Assembly (NCBI GenBank): GCA_965218695.1
Contig: OZ244651.1
Location: 128,001-192,000 of the forward strand
From: Nitrosopumilus sp.
Lineage (GTDB): Archaea; Thermoproteota; Nitrososphaeria; Nitrososphaerales; Nitrosopumilaceae
Direction: 5' to 3'
DNA length: 64,000 nt
The first letter of the stretch is position 1. Each line of letters opens with the position of its first letter. The notes beneath the pieces were generated by a model that had not been told where the DNA came from, did not search any database, and saw nothing but the letters and a program-made list of their open reading frames with translations. This document shows, piece by piece, positions 1 through 9,300 of this stretch. The position numbers and the translations under genes are program-made.

Positions 1-522
1 GGACTGGGATTCCTTGAGGCGCTAAACTCCAACCTTACCAGCATGGACGTACTCTACACCCTGACAAACAGGAAACCCCAAAACCCGTTTTCGGTGCTTG
101 ACTCAAAGAGTCGCGAGCACACCGTCCTGCGCGACTCCGTCCTGCCAGAACTCCTTGAGAACCTTTCAAGAAACATACACGTGGCATACCCACAGAAGAT
201 CTTTGAGACCGGCACCATATTCCTTGAGGGTGACCCGGTATCCGAGATGACAAGTCTTGCCGCAGTCAGCGCCCACCCGGACGCAAGCTTTACTGAGATA
301 AAGTCCGTACTCCAGTCGTGTCTTGGAACCGGGTTTGGAATGAAGATACAGACTCATACATCCGTCCATCCAACATTCCAAAAGGGCAGGTGCGCTGACA
401 TCATGATAAATGATCAAAGCGTGGGGACAATCGGGGAGATCGCCTCTGAGGTAGTCCGTAACCACAAGATCCGCAACCCGGTTGCAGGCTTTGAGATATC
501 CCTGTCCGAGACCATTCTATAG
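1..522 (+). CDS. pheT: Phenylalanyl-tRNA synthetase beta subunit, C-terminal part (5' end outside window)
   Basis: Motifs LRDSVLPELLENL..N...YPQKIFETG, F..GR.A.I, GEI....GFEI match archaeal PheT. The current stop TAG (520-522) is the first 3 nt of the inserted TnpB element. Confidence 0.9.
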   Translation, partial: GLGFLEALNSNLTSMDVLYTLTNRKPQNPFSVLDSKSREHTVLRDSVLPELLENLSRNIHVAYPQKIFETGTIFLEGDPVSEMTSLAAVSAHPDASFTEIKSVLQSCLGTGFGMKIQTHTSVHPTFQKGRCADIMINDQSVGTIGEIASEVVRNHKIRNPVAGFEISLSETIL

Positions 523-557
523 TGAAGAGCATAAGTTCCTGCAATTATAACACTCCC

Positions 558-565
558 TTTTTAAG
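558..565 (+). promoter_or_regulatory. TATA-like box in element left end, about 25 nt upstream of tnpB ATG
   Basis: TTTTTAAG lies at archaeal leaderless spacing from ATG 587. The equivalent TTTTTACA is retained in the MITE copy at about 37153. Confidence 0.5.
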
Positions 566-586
566 AAAACAAGTTCTATTGTGTAC

Positions 587-2045
587 ATGATTGTCAGCAA
601 AAGCATCAAAATTATACAATTACGAAAACTGTCACGCAGGATAGCCGAATGTTCCAAGGAGTCAGACATTATTTGACATGACGATCATGATGAAGCTGGC
701 GCATCCCAGAATGACGCAGTTTGATGTCAACAACCTGATGACCAGATGGTGCAGGGAATTCAACCTGATCAACGGCGTCCGCATGCATGAGGCCGCCTCG
801 AAACAGGCTTTCTAGGCTGTAATCAAATTTAGGAAATCAAATGTGAAAAAACACACAAAACGGATCTGGCGCAGGAGACAGATAAATCTCGGCAAAACCA
901 AAACGTACAAACACAACAGGTGGACAGATCCATCCAGCCTGATGAGACGGGGCAAAAAAACCACGAGGCTGCGTTCACTGAATTCACGCGGAAAGCCAAA
1001 ACTGCAGGACGACGACACCGTGTTTCTGCCCTGACTCGGAGAAGTAAGGACGCGCACGAAGATCCCATCCGAAGGCAGGCCCGTGTCATTCCAAATGATC
1101 GACGTCACCGACAAAGTCACGCGCAGGACAATGGATGGTGATCGCGAGTTCAAATTACATTTGCAAGTTGAAATCCCAGATCCCGAGCCTGCGACCGGTT
1201 CGGTGGCAGGATTGGATCTAGGAGTCAGGCACCCGGCGGCAGTTGCAGACGAGCATGGGAGCGAAAGGCTGTACGACATCCCTAGCGGTTGCAGGCGTCA
1301 CGACGGTGACAGGATTGACAAACTCAAGTCATGCAGGTCAAGATTCGTGCATGGTTCGCGCAAATGGAGTGAAATCAGCCGCAAGATAAAACGCGAATTG
1401 AAAAAGATATCCGACAGGCAGAAACGCAACGAGATCGACATAGCCAGACGGATAACAAAAGGACTGTCCGTGTTGTTTTTGGAAGACATGGATTTGACCA
1501 AAATGAGGCGATCCAACGGAAAGGCATCAAAGACCAGGCTGAACCGCGAGACGGCATACTCTAGGATGGGGGAGTTCCGGAGCCAAGTTGAATGGCAGAT
1601 GAAAAAGAAGGGCGGGATTCCAAAACGCGTGGAACACAAAAACACCAGCAGAACGTGCATGAGGTGCAAGGCTGTGGACAAGAAATCAAGAAACGGCGAA
1701 TCATTTGTCTGCGTCGCATGTGGATGGCGCCACCATGCCGACAAGAACGCGGCACAAATCATTTTGACTAACGAACGTCTCCACATTGGGGGGACTGGCG
1801 GCCAAGCCTACTGGAACAGTGGAGGCATCATTGCGGATGTCGAGGTCGTCACAAGGCGCGAGGATCACGGTTCGAGCCGTTCTGTAAAGGACAACTTGAC
1901 CAGTCGGCTTGGACCCGACAACAACAACAACGACAATGATATTGGAAGATCTGACAGAGCGCCAGAAAGAGCATTAGGACGTGACACGGGGAAACCTGTC
2001 TTGCACGAACTTTTACTCGCCGCTATAAAGTCCTCTCAGCCATGA
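587..2045 (+). pseudogene. tnpB: TnpB RNA-guided endonuclease, disrupted
   Basis: RuvC motifs GLDLG, LFLEDM and HHADKNAA, plus Zn finger CMRC...CVAC. ATG 587 is out of frame with the 678-2045 frame, which has in-frame stops at 813-815 and 1032-1034. Confidence 0.88.
1820..2025 (+). ncRNA. Putative omegaRNA/reRNA scaffold of the TnpB element
   Basis: About 200 nt between the TnpB catalytic C-terminus and the right end, conserved in three copies. The stem GGTTCGAGCCG...CGGCTTGGACC is kept through pairing-compatible substitutions in the MITE copy. Confidence 0.65.
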
Positions 2046-2345
2046 CACTGCAGACAGTATTACCCCTGCTGAAAGAATTCCTGCCCCTATGACTGACTCT
2101 GCCACCAGCCTCTGATGGATTGCCCTCTCCTCTGAGCCAGGCAGCAGGCGGGATTCTGAACCAAGCCTGCCCTCCTCCTCCAGATACTGAATCTGGGGAT
2201 AGTCAAAGATTACGACCATGGAGCCAAGAACCATCATTACAATCCCTGCCAGAAAGAACCCTGTCCTGTTCATCTGATTCCAGTCGTAAACTTCATCATT
2301 TAACCCTGGTCGAATATAATGCCCCTCCCAAGGCCAAATCCGCAT
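2013..2345 (-). CDS. Small membrane protein (2 TM)
   Basis: Two hydrophobic segments. The likely start is the internal MNRTG. The last 4 codons derive from the inserted element. Confidence 0.7.
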   Translation of the reverse strand: MRIWPWEGHYIRPGLNDEVYDWNQMNRTGFFLAGIVMMVLGSMVVIFDYPQIQYLEEEGRLGSESRLLPGSEERAIHQRLVAESVIGAGILSAGVILSAVSWLRGLYSGE

Positions 2346-2416
2346 GGATCCTGTCCGATACGGATGTGACCTTCTTCCATATGCTCTAAGTTTTTAGCCT
2401 GATGCCCCTGTTATGA

Positions 2417-2585
2417 GTTGCCCAAGAGCAGGCATGCAGACGGATCAGGATGATGTCGATCGTAACGATACCTGTGATTTCTGATTCACCCAGGCGTGCT
2501 ACATTATGGGCAACCCCGGTTACAGAGCCAAGGGAGGTTTTTGGCTAAATGCCGATGAACCTGTGCGAGTCAGAGCCGGGGAACA
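2417..2585 (+). ncRNA. Candidate structured sRNA (two hairpins, terminal ACA; H/ACA- or K-turn-type)
   Basis: Stems GTTGCCCA/TGGGCAAC, GGATCAG/CTGATTC and CCCCGGTT/AGCCGGGG, followed by AACA. Contains TGATG/TGA K-turn-like motifs. Confidence 0.4.
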
Positions 2586-2625
2586 TCCAAAAACCATAAA
2601 ACAGCCCCGCACCCACACCAGGCGT

Positions 2626-3045
2626 ATGACCAACTACTGGCTTGCAAAACAGGAGCCTAGCGGTCCAAGGGGATACAGTTTTGGACAGCTTGAAAAGAAC
2701 AAGGAGACTGTCTGGGACGGTGTCCATAACAACCTTGCACTAAAACACATGAGAAACATGATGCCAGGCGATCTGGTGCTGTTCTATCATACCGGCGGCG
2801 AGAGGCAAGCAGTAGGTATCATGGAGGTAATATCAAAGCCATATCCCAATCCTGCAGAAGCCTTTGAGCGCTTTATCGTGGTGGATGTAAGGTATAAAGA
2901 GGCGCTCAGCCGCCCCGTGACCCTTGAGGAGATAAAAGCAGATGAAAGATTCCAAAACTGGGAGCTTGTCCGGATATCCAGGCTCTCTGTAATGCCCGTC
3001 CCACCACCCATCTGGGATGCCATATTGGCAATATCTAAGACATAG
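2626..3045 (+). CDS. EVE domain protein
   Basis: YWLAKQEP, WDGVHNNLA, M..GD.VLFYH, RLSVMPV motifs. Confidence 0.92.
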   Translation: MTNYWLAKQEPSGPRGYSFGQLEKNKETVWDGVHNNLALKHMRNMMPGDLVLFYHTGGERQAVGIMEVISKPYPNPAEAFERFIVVDVRYKEALSRPVTLEEIKADERFQNWELVRISRLSVMPVPPPIWDAILAISKT

Positions 3046-3088
3046 GGAAGATCGATTTATTGATATAACCGTCCCATACAGGAAATTC

Positions 3089-3328
3089 ATGGCAACAGCT
3101 TATGTTTTAATAAACTGTGAACTTGGCTCAGAAGAGGCAATCATCCAGCAGTTGAAAGGTCTGGATGGCGTCAAAGAGGTCCATGGAACCTTTGGTGCCT
3201 ATGATATCCTTGCCAAGATAGAGTCTGACACCGTTGAAAAACTCAGAGAGACCATTACTTGGAAGATTCGAAAGATTGAGAAGATTCGTTCGACTCTTAC
3301 CCTGATGGGAATCGAGGGGCAGACCTAG
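3089..3328 (+). CDS. Lrp/AsnC ligand-binding (RAM) domain protein
   Basis: AYVLINCELGSE...VKEVHGTFGAYDILAKIE...IRSTLTL. Confidence 0.9.
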   Translation: MATAYVLINCELGSEEAIIQQLKGLDGVKEVHGTFGAYDILAKIESDTVEKLRETITWKIRKIEKIRSTLTLMGIEGQT

Positions 3329-3348
3329 CCCTATCCTTTTTTCTTATT

Positions 3349-3942
3349 ATGCTACTCCACTTCATCTTCCTTGTAAGGGAGCAGGATCTCCAGAAGCGTA
3401 AGCCAGAGTTTGAGTACATACAGAAGATGGCCCGGTTCTATAATGCGTGGATATGGGAAAAATTCGGACTCCGCTACGATGTCTGCTGCGACGAGATGGT
3501 CATAAGACCCAGAAGCATACTTCAGAGGATCGACACGCACACGCTTGTAAATGATCACAGGCAGAGGGGGGAGGATACATACCACTTCTATCTGGCACAT
3601 TTCAGACCCATGTGGACTGACTGCACATGCGAGGGGTACCATGCAGAAAACTTTGGCATGATCTTCTGGAAGCCTCCGGGTGAGGAGGCCGACGGCGAGC
3701 TGTTCCTTGCAGAAAAAAACTGTACTGCCGTATCGCATGAGATCCTTCACGAGATGCTTCGGTTATCCGGACGCAAGAGATTCATCCGGGACGTTCATGA
3801 CGTATGGACCAAGCACCTCTTTGACAATCTGGAGTTTGAGCAGTACGGGGATGACTTTGCAAGGACTGACGGGAGGCCGGTCTTTCTTACAATGAACACT
3901 GCACAGCTTGGCCTGGAAGACGGACTAGTATCTGGTAACTGA
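3349..3942 (+). CDS. Conserved hypothetical protein, putative zincin metalloprotease
   Basis: Intact 197-aa ORF with an HEILH motif. Confidence 0.7.
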   Translation: MLLHFIFLVREQDLQKRKPEFEYIQKMARFYNAWIWEKFGLRYDVCCDEMVIRPRSILQRIDTHTLVNDHRQRGEDTYHFYLAHFRPMWTDCTCEGYHAENFGMIFWKPPGEEADGELFLAEKNCTAVSHEILHEMLRLSGRKRFIRDVHDVWTKHLFDNLEFEQYGDDFARTDGRPVFLTMNTAQLGLEDGLVSGN

Positions 3943-4593
3943 GTAGATGTTGTTTTCAAAGTTTGCAGTCTTGAAGTCCAGCGTGTCTTCCTGCTCGTTG
4001 GATCTTGACTTGTTCAGGTTGTCAAGCTCGACTAGCGCATCGCCCCTGAAACCTACAGAGGATCCATAGATTGCATCTGTAAGCATCGTTCCGTGATCGC
4101 CCTTTTTGATGTCGTCTACCATGTCGTAAAATCTGGTAGTCTCCCTTTTGTTGACCGGATTTCCGGTTGCCTTGTTGTATGCCACTGAAATGTACATCCC
4201 GTTGCTCTTTACTGCAACCGGAATCTTATGATTCTTTTCTGATGCTCCGGGAATCATCTCGTTTACCAGAACCTCGCACTTGTGGTACATGCTTGAGACG
4301 TACGCGTAGAACCTGTACTGCGCAAACTTTCCTGCCTGGTCATCTTGGCATTCGACAAATATCTTGTGCAGCATCTCCAGTGCAGCATCATTCATGCTCT
4401 GAAGCCTGTCATCAATCCTGCCTCTCTCAAGAAGGGTCGACTTGGTCTCTTTTGCGATCAGCACCAAGATAAAGTCCGGCAGGTTGTAGTTTTTGAGGGC
4501 CGCCACAAACGAGCCCGACTGTGACATGCCAAACTTTGGAAATCCCTTGTTGACCATGTCACTAGATCGCCCCCTGAGGACTGGCATATCCAA
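3925..4593 (-). CDS. Conserved hypothetical protein
   Basis: Long ORF with natural composition. The start may be MVNKG at 4557. Confidence 0.75.
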   Translation of the reverse strand: MDMPVLRGRSSDMVNKGFPKFGMSQSGSFVAALKNYNLPDFILVLIAKETKSTLLERGRIDDRLQSMNDAALEMLHKIFVECQDDQAGKFAQYRFYAYVSSMYHKCEVLVNEMIPGASEKNHKIPVAVKSNGMYISVAYNKATGNPVNKRETTRFYDMVDDIKKGDHGTMLTDAIYGSSVGFRGDALVELDNLNKSRSNEQEDTLDFKTANFENNIYSVTRY

Positions 4594-4628
4594 ACATCAT
4601 AATATAAAACCCTATTTGGCTTATAATT

Positions 4629-6249
4629 GTACGCACTCAGGTCCATGCCTAAAAACTGACCAGAATATGCATCCATTTAGACCACCAACATTTAGATCGT
4701 AGCATTCTAAAATCCCCGCATGGGTAAATCCGATCTTGTACTCTTGCGTGAGGAGTTCAGAAAAGTAGTGGCAAAGCTTGAGCGTGTTCAAATTGAGGTG
4801 AAAGATCTGCAGGCTGCGCTAATTGCAGAGAGAAAAAAGTTTGCACACGAAAGAGACCGTTGGGAGTTGGAGATAGCATGGCGTGACAGAAAAATGGAAC
4901 GGTATGAAAACGCGCATTCCCCGTCATCTACCAATTCGCAGTACAACGAAGAGCGTGCCGCCTTCCGAAAGAGCCGGGACGAGGGAGACAAGGCAGAAGA
5001 AGAAGCCGAACCCGAGGAGGATGGGGATGATGCCGAACCCGAGGAGAACCATACGGCCCGCGGACCGCCCATGGGGCATGCGGGAGTCTCGCACGGAAAC
5101 AAGGCAGGCAAGACTGTCACCCTGCCAGTGAGCCGGTGCGGCAACTGCGGAAGCAAGACCCTCCAGCACGCGCCTCCCAAGGTAAAGATGGTCTGTGACT
5201 TTCCAGACGGGGACATGATCGGGATAGAATGCGTCGCGTACGTGGCAGAAAAGGCGGCATGCTGCAAATGCGGCACAATAACTGCCGCCCCGGAACCCAC
5301 GCTGTGCGGCACGTCGCTGGGCCCCAGGGCGCTTGGGTTCGTGCTGGAATACTACAACAAGAGAAGCACTGACCAGACCGTCGCGTACTATTTCAACACG
5401 TTTTACAAGTTTGGGATATCGCCCAACGCCATATGGAACGCGCGCAAGGCGCTGACGCGCCTCTTTGAGGGCACGTACAGGGAGATCATGGACAGGATGG
5501 CAGACGCGCCATACATCCAGATGGACGAATCCCACATCAAGATCAACGGCAAGAAGGGATACGCGTGGCTTGTCACGATACAAGACGCAACGTACGTCGT
5601 GGTTGCCCGGAGCAGGGGCTCGGCCGTGCTGGGCCTTCACCTTGGCAGGCTCCTTGGCATTCCGGTCGTGACAGACGGGTACTCCGGATACAACGTGTTT
5701 CCAGTCAGGCAGCGATGCTGGATTCACCTGCTGCGCGAGGCCGAAAAGAAGGCAATCCGGAACGGCGGCAACGATCTTGTCCAGTACGAGAGGCTGCTCA
5801 AAATGTACGCCAGAATCAGGGACAGGGACGCTGCCGACGTCGCAGAATGTCTGGACCTGGAAAGACGGGTGCTTGACATTGCAGCATCCTATGGGGAGTC
5901 CCATCCCTTCAGGAACACACTTGAGGCTGCCGCTCCCCGCCTGTTTACGTTCCTGCGACACCCCGGCATGCCTCCCCATAACAATGACGCAGAACTGGAC
6001 ATACGCGACACGGTCGTACTGCAGAGGAACGTGCGCCACAAGCTGTCCGTGGCCGAGGGAATGCGTGTCTTTTCGGTGCTTGCCTCGGTTGCGCGCACCT
6101 GCCACAAGCAGGGAATGCTGCCGCGCATCGCAGTGGAATCACTCGTCAGGGATCCGGACTGGAAGATATTCAAACCGCCCCCATGTGAAGAAGAGATACC
6201 CGCAATGGCAATCACGGCCTAAATCATCTGGAGGGACCTGAGGGTATAC
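4629..6249 (+). mobile_element. IS66 family element (single-ORF, ISBst12-like)
   Basis: TIRs GTACGCACTCAGGTCC and GGACCTGAGGGTATAC. 8-bp TSD TTATAATT at 4621-4628 and 6250-6257. Confidence 0.93.
4720..6222 (+). CDS. IS66 transposase
   Basis: Coiled coil, NxxxPSS, Zn finger, MDES, TDGYSGY, QRCWIHLLR and PHNNDAE motifs. Confidence 0.95.
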   Translation: MGKSDLVLLREEFRKVVAKLERVQIEVKDLQAALIAERKKFAHERDRWELEIAWRDRKMERYENAHSPSSTNSQYNEERAAFRKSRDEGDKAEEEAEPEEDGDDAEPEENHTARGPPMGHAGVSHGNKAGKTVTLPVSRCGNCGSKTLQHAPPKVKMVCDFPDGDMIGIECVAYVAEKAACCKCGTITAAPEPTLCGTSLGPRALGFVLEYYNKRSTDQTVAYYFNTFYKFGISPNAIWNARKALTRLFEGTYREIMDRMADAPYIQMDESHIKINGKKGYAWLVTIQDATYVVVARSRGSAVLGLHLGRLLGIPVVTDGYSGYNVFPVRQRCWIHLLREAEKKAIRNGGNDLVQYERLLKMYARIRDRDAADVAECLDLERRVLDIAASYGESHPFRNTLEAAAPRLFTFLRHPGMPPHNNDAELDIRDTVVLQRNVRHKLSVAEGMRVFSVLASVARTCHKQGMLPRIAVESLVRDPDWKIFKPPPCEEEIPAMAITA

Positions 6250-6368
6250 TTATAATTGTTAAGAAATTCTGATGGATTCCGGGACGTGCTTCTGACCATT
6301 CCTGGAATGCTGCCCCGGATCGGTCCTTTCCGGTTGGTTGGGACAGACAGCATGCAATTCTTAAATCT

Positions 6369-9300
6369 ATGTGCTGCCTCATATCCATATTGAAAATACA
6401 CTCGTTCATGATTCTTGGAATGCTTGTAGCATGCATGGTGGCATTTGATGCACATGCACAGGAGTCTGATGCGGGACTGTCCGGAGAGGTTCGGATCGGC
6501 TCCCTCATGCCGATCACAGGCGAGCTTGAAGCACTCGGACTGGAGTTTCAAGCAGCAGAAGTCCTTGCAGCACGCGACTTTAACCAGTATCTGACTGACA
6601 AGAATGCAGACTGGTCACTCAAACTGATCCATGAGGACACGCAGTCGCTTCCCACAGTTACCTTGGAGAAACTGGAGTTGCTGCACGCCCAGGGAATAAC
6701 ATCCGTTCTGGGGCCGCTGGACAGTGCTAGCCTGCAGTATTCACGCGGATACATCGACTCCAACCAGATACTGGCTGTCAGCTGCTGCTCCACGTCTTCT
6801 CTCCTTGCAATTCCCGACGACACCATCTTTAGGATGTCTGCAGACGACTCAGGCGGGAGCGTCGTGATGGCCAATCTTCTTGGCCATGCCGGAATCGATG
6901 TCATGATACCGGTATGGAGGGCTGACACGTGGGGAGTAGCATACGAGGACAGCATGCGGCAGCTGTTTGTAGCAGGAGGCGGCATTGTTGATGAAGGGGT
7001 AAGGTATGATCCCGGCGAGACTGATTTTTCAGACTCCACATCACTCTTGGCACAAAGGGTGCAGGTGTATGTGGACGAGTACGGATCACACAATGTGGCC
7101 ATATTCTACATGGGATTCGGTGAACTTGTTCCGTTTATCCTGCATTCATCAGACCATGACATCCTTGATGATATCAGGTGGTTTGCAGCTGATCCCAACG
7201 TCCAAAACCCCGAACTTGTCTCGGACGCTGGAATACTCCGGTTTGTGACTGATACCGATTTTACAACACTTCAGGCCACATCAGGCAAAAACGAGGTCAG
7301 CCGGCATGTGCATGACACACTGCTTGCCGAACTTGGCATGGAACCAATCATATTTTCAAGTGCTGCATACGACTCGGTCTGGATTACAGGCCTTGCGATG
7401 GAGATGACACAGAGTACTGATGTTGCACTGCTGCGTGATGCAATTCCCGTGGTTGCACGGGAGCATGTGGGCGCACTGGGGTCCATACGCCTCAATGATG
7501 CAGGAGATCTGGCCCATGTAAACTACGACATCTGGACCATAGCAGACGGCCAGTGGGTCATGTCAGGTTCCTATTATCCGTTCAATAACGAGTTTGTGTT
7601 TTCTGATGCTACGGCCGGATTACCTGCAGATGACCGGATCACGATAGGGGGAATACTTCCAATTACAGGCGATGCGTCAATCAGCGGCGAACAGCTGGAT
7701 GTGGCAGTGGAATACGCCGAGGTCCGATTCAACGAATACCTGCAGGAAAACGGCATTGACTGGACCCTGCATGTGGTGATATCTGACAGTACAACTGATC
7801 CTGGAACCGCGCTGGAGAGGCTTGCCACGTATCATGAAAACGGAATCAGCACCGTGGTGGGACCGTATTCCAGTGCGGAACTGGCAGCAATGAAGGACTA
7901 TGCAGACTCCAACGGGATGATACTGGTGAGTCCCGGCTCTACTGCCCCGTCCCTTGCGATTCCAGACGACAGCATCTTCCGTCTCGTTCCAGACGACACG
8001 CAGAACGGAGACGTGTTTGCAAAACTCTTTGAGGCAAAAGGGATTACAAACGTGATTCCGATATGGAGGGGCGACACTTGGGGCGACGGGCTGGTACAGG
8101 TTGTCCGGGAGTCGTTTGCCGAACTCGGGGGGAGTGTGGACGACGGGGTAAGGTATGATCCGCGCACGGATGACTTTTCAGAAGACGTATCGATGCTTTC
8201 TGAAATTGTCCGGCGCCACACGGATGACGGGAACGAAGGCAAGACTGCAGTCCTTGCCTTGGGTTTCCAGGAGATAGTGCCGCTGATTCACGCAGCATTA
8301 CTCCATGACAACCTTGATGACGTGGTCTGGTTTGTCCATTCTGGAACACTGCCTGCAGATGAACTGATTGGCCATTCTGCCACTGCAGACTTTATGCGGA
8401 CAGTCATGATGACTGGTCCGCAATTTGAACCCGTGCCGAATCCCGTACTGGATCAAATAAACGCCGCCGTGTCAGACAGCACCGGACGCACCCCAATAGT
8501 GTATGTGGCAGGTGCATATGATGCCGTATGGCTGCTGGGACTTTCAATACTTGCATCCGGTTCTGCTGACACTGCAGCAATTCTTGAGGCCATGCCCGGC
8601 GTACTGGACGGGTATGACGGGGCGCTCGGGAACGTATCCCTCAACGGGGCAGGCGACCTGGAGAGAACCAACTACGGCATATACCACATTCAGGATTCTG
8701 CATGGGACAGGTTTGGCCAATATGATGGGGCCACCAATACAATCACCCTGACCGATGACAAAGCAGCCATGTCCGGTACGTATGATCCGTCAGCCACAGG
8801 CCTGGTCACCATAGGGGGGATACTTCCCCTTACAGGAGATGGCTTCCTGGACGGCCTGCAGCTAAAGGTCGCAACAGAATACGCCGAGGACAGGTTCAAC
8901 CAATACCTGCAGGAGAACAGCGTAGGCTGGACCCTGGACGTGGTGCTGGCAGACAGCCAAACTAGTCCTGAAACCGCATTAGAGCAGCTTGTCAGGCATC
9001 ATGAAAATGGCGTCAACTTCGTGGTGGGAGGGTATTACAGTTCGGAACTGGCAGTAATGAAGGACTATGCAGACTCAAACGGGATGATACTGGTGAGTCC
9101 CGGCTCTACTGCCCCGTCCCTTGCGATTCCAGACGACAGCATCTTCCGTCTCGTTCCAGACGACACGCAGAACGGAGACGTGTTTGCAAAACTCTTTGAG
9201 GCAAAAGGGATTACAAACGTGATTCCGATATGGAGGGGCGACACTTGGGGCGACGGGCTGGTACAGGTTGTCCGGGAGTCGTTTGCCGAACTCGGAGGGA

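Larger units (their letters stand above)
520..2025 (+). mobile_element. Non-autonomous TnpB-carrying element with imperfect 25-bp TIRs and TA target duplication
   Basis: Left end TAGTGAAGAGCATAAGTTCCTGCAA (520-544) matches the reverse complement of the right end (2001-2025), TAGCGGCGAGTAAAAGTTCGTGCAA, at 19/25. TA flanks both sides (518-519, 2026-2027). Both ends are homologous to those of the 37117-37389 MITE. Confidence 0.8.

Noticed and set aside
520-2025. Classical IS200/IS605 (IS1341-type) or Cas12f-CRISPR interpretation of the TnpB locus
   Set aside because: There is no tnpA and no CRISPR array. The ends are inverted repeats with TA on both flanks in two copies. A TATA cleavage-motif model cannot be fully excluded but would not explain the TIRs.
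4924-6105. Long antisense ORFs (393 aa here; also 11833-12588, 17202-17994, 50766-51617)
   Set aside because: They are shadows of well-supported genes on the opposite strand and carry no recognisable motifs.
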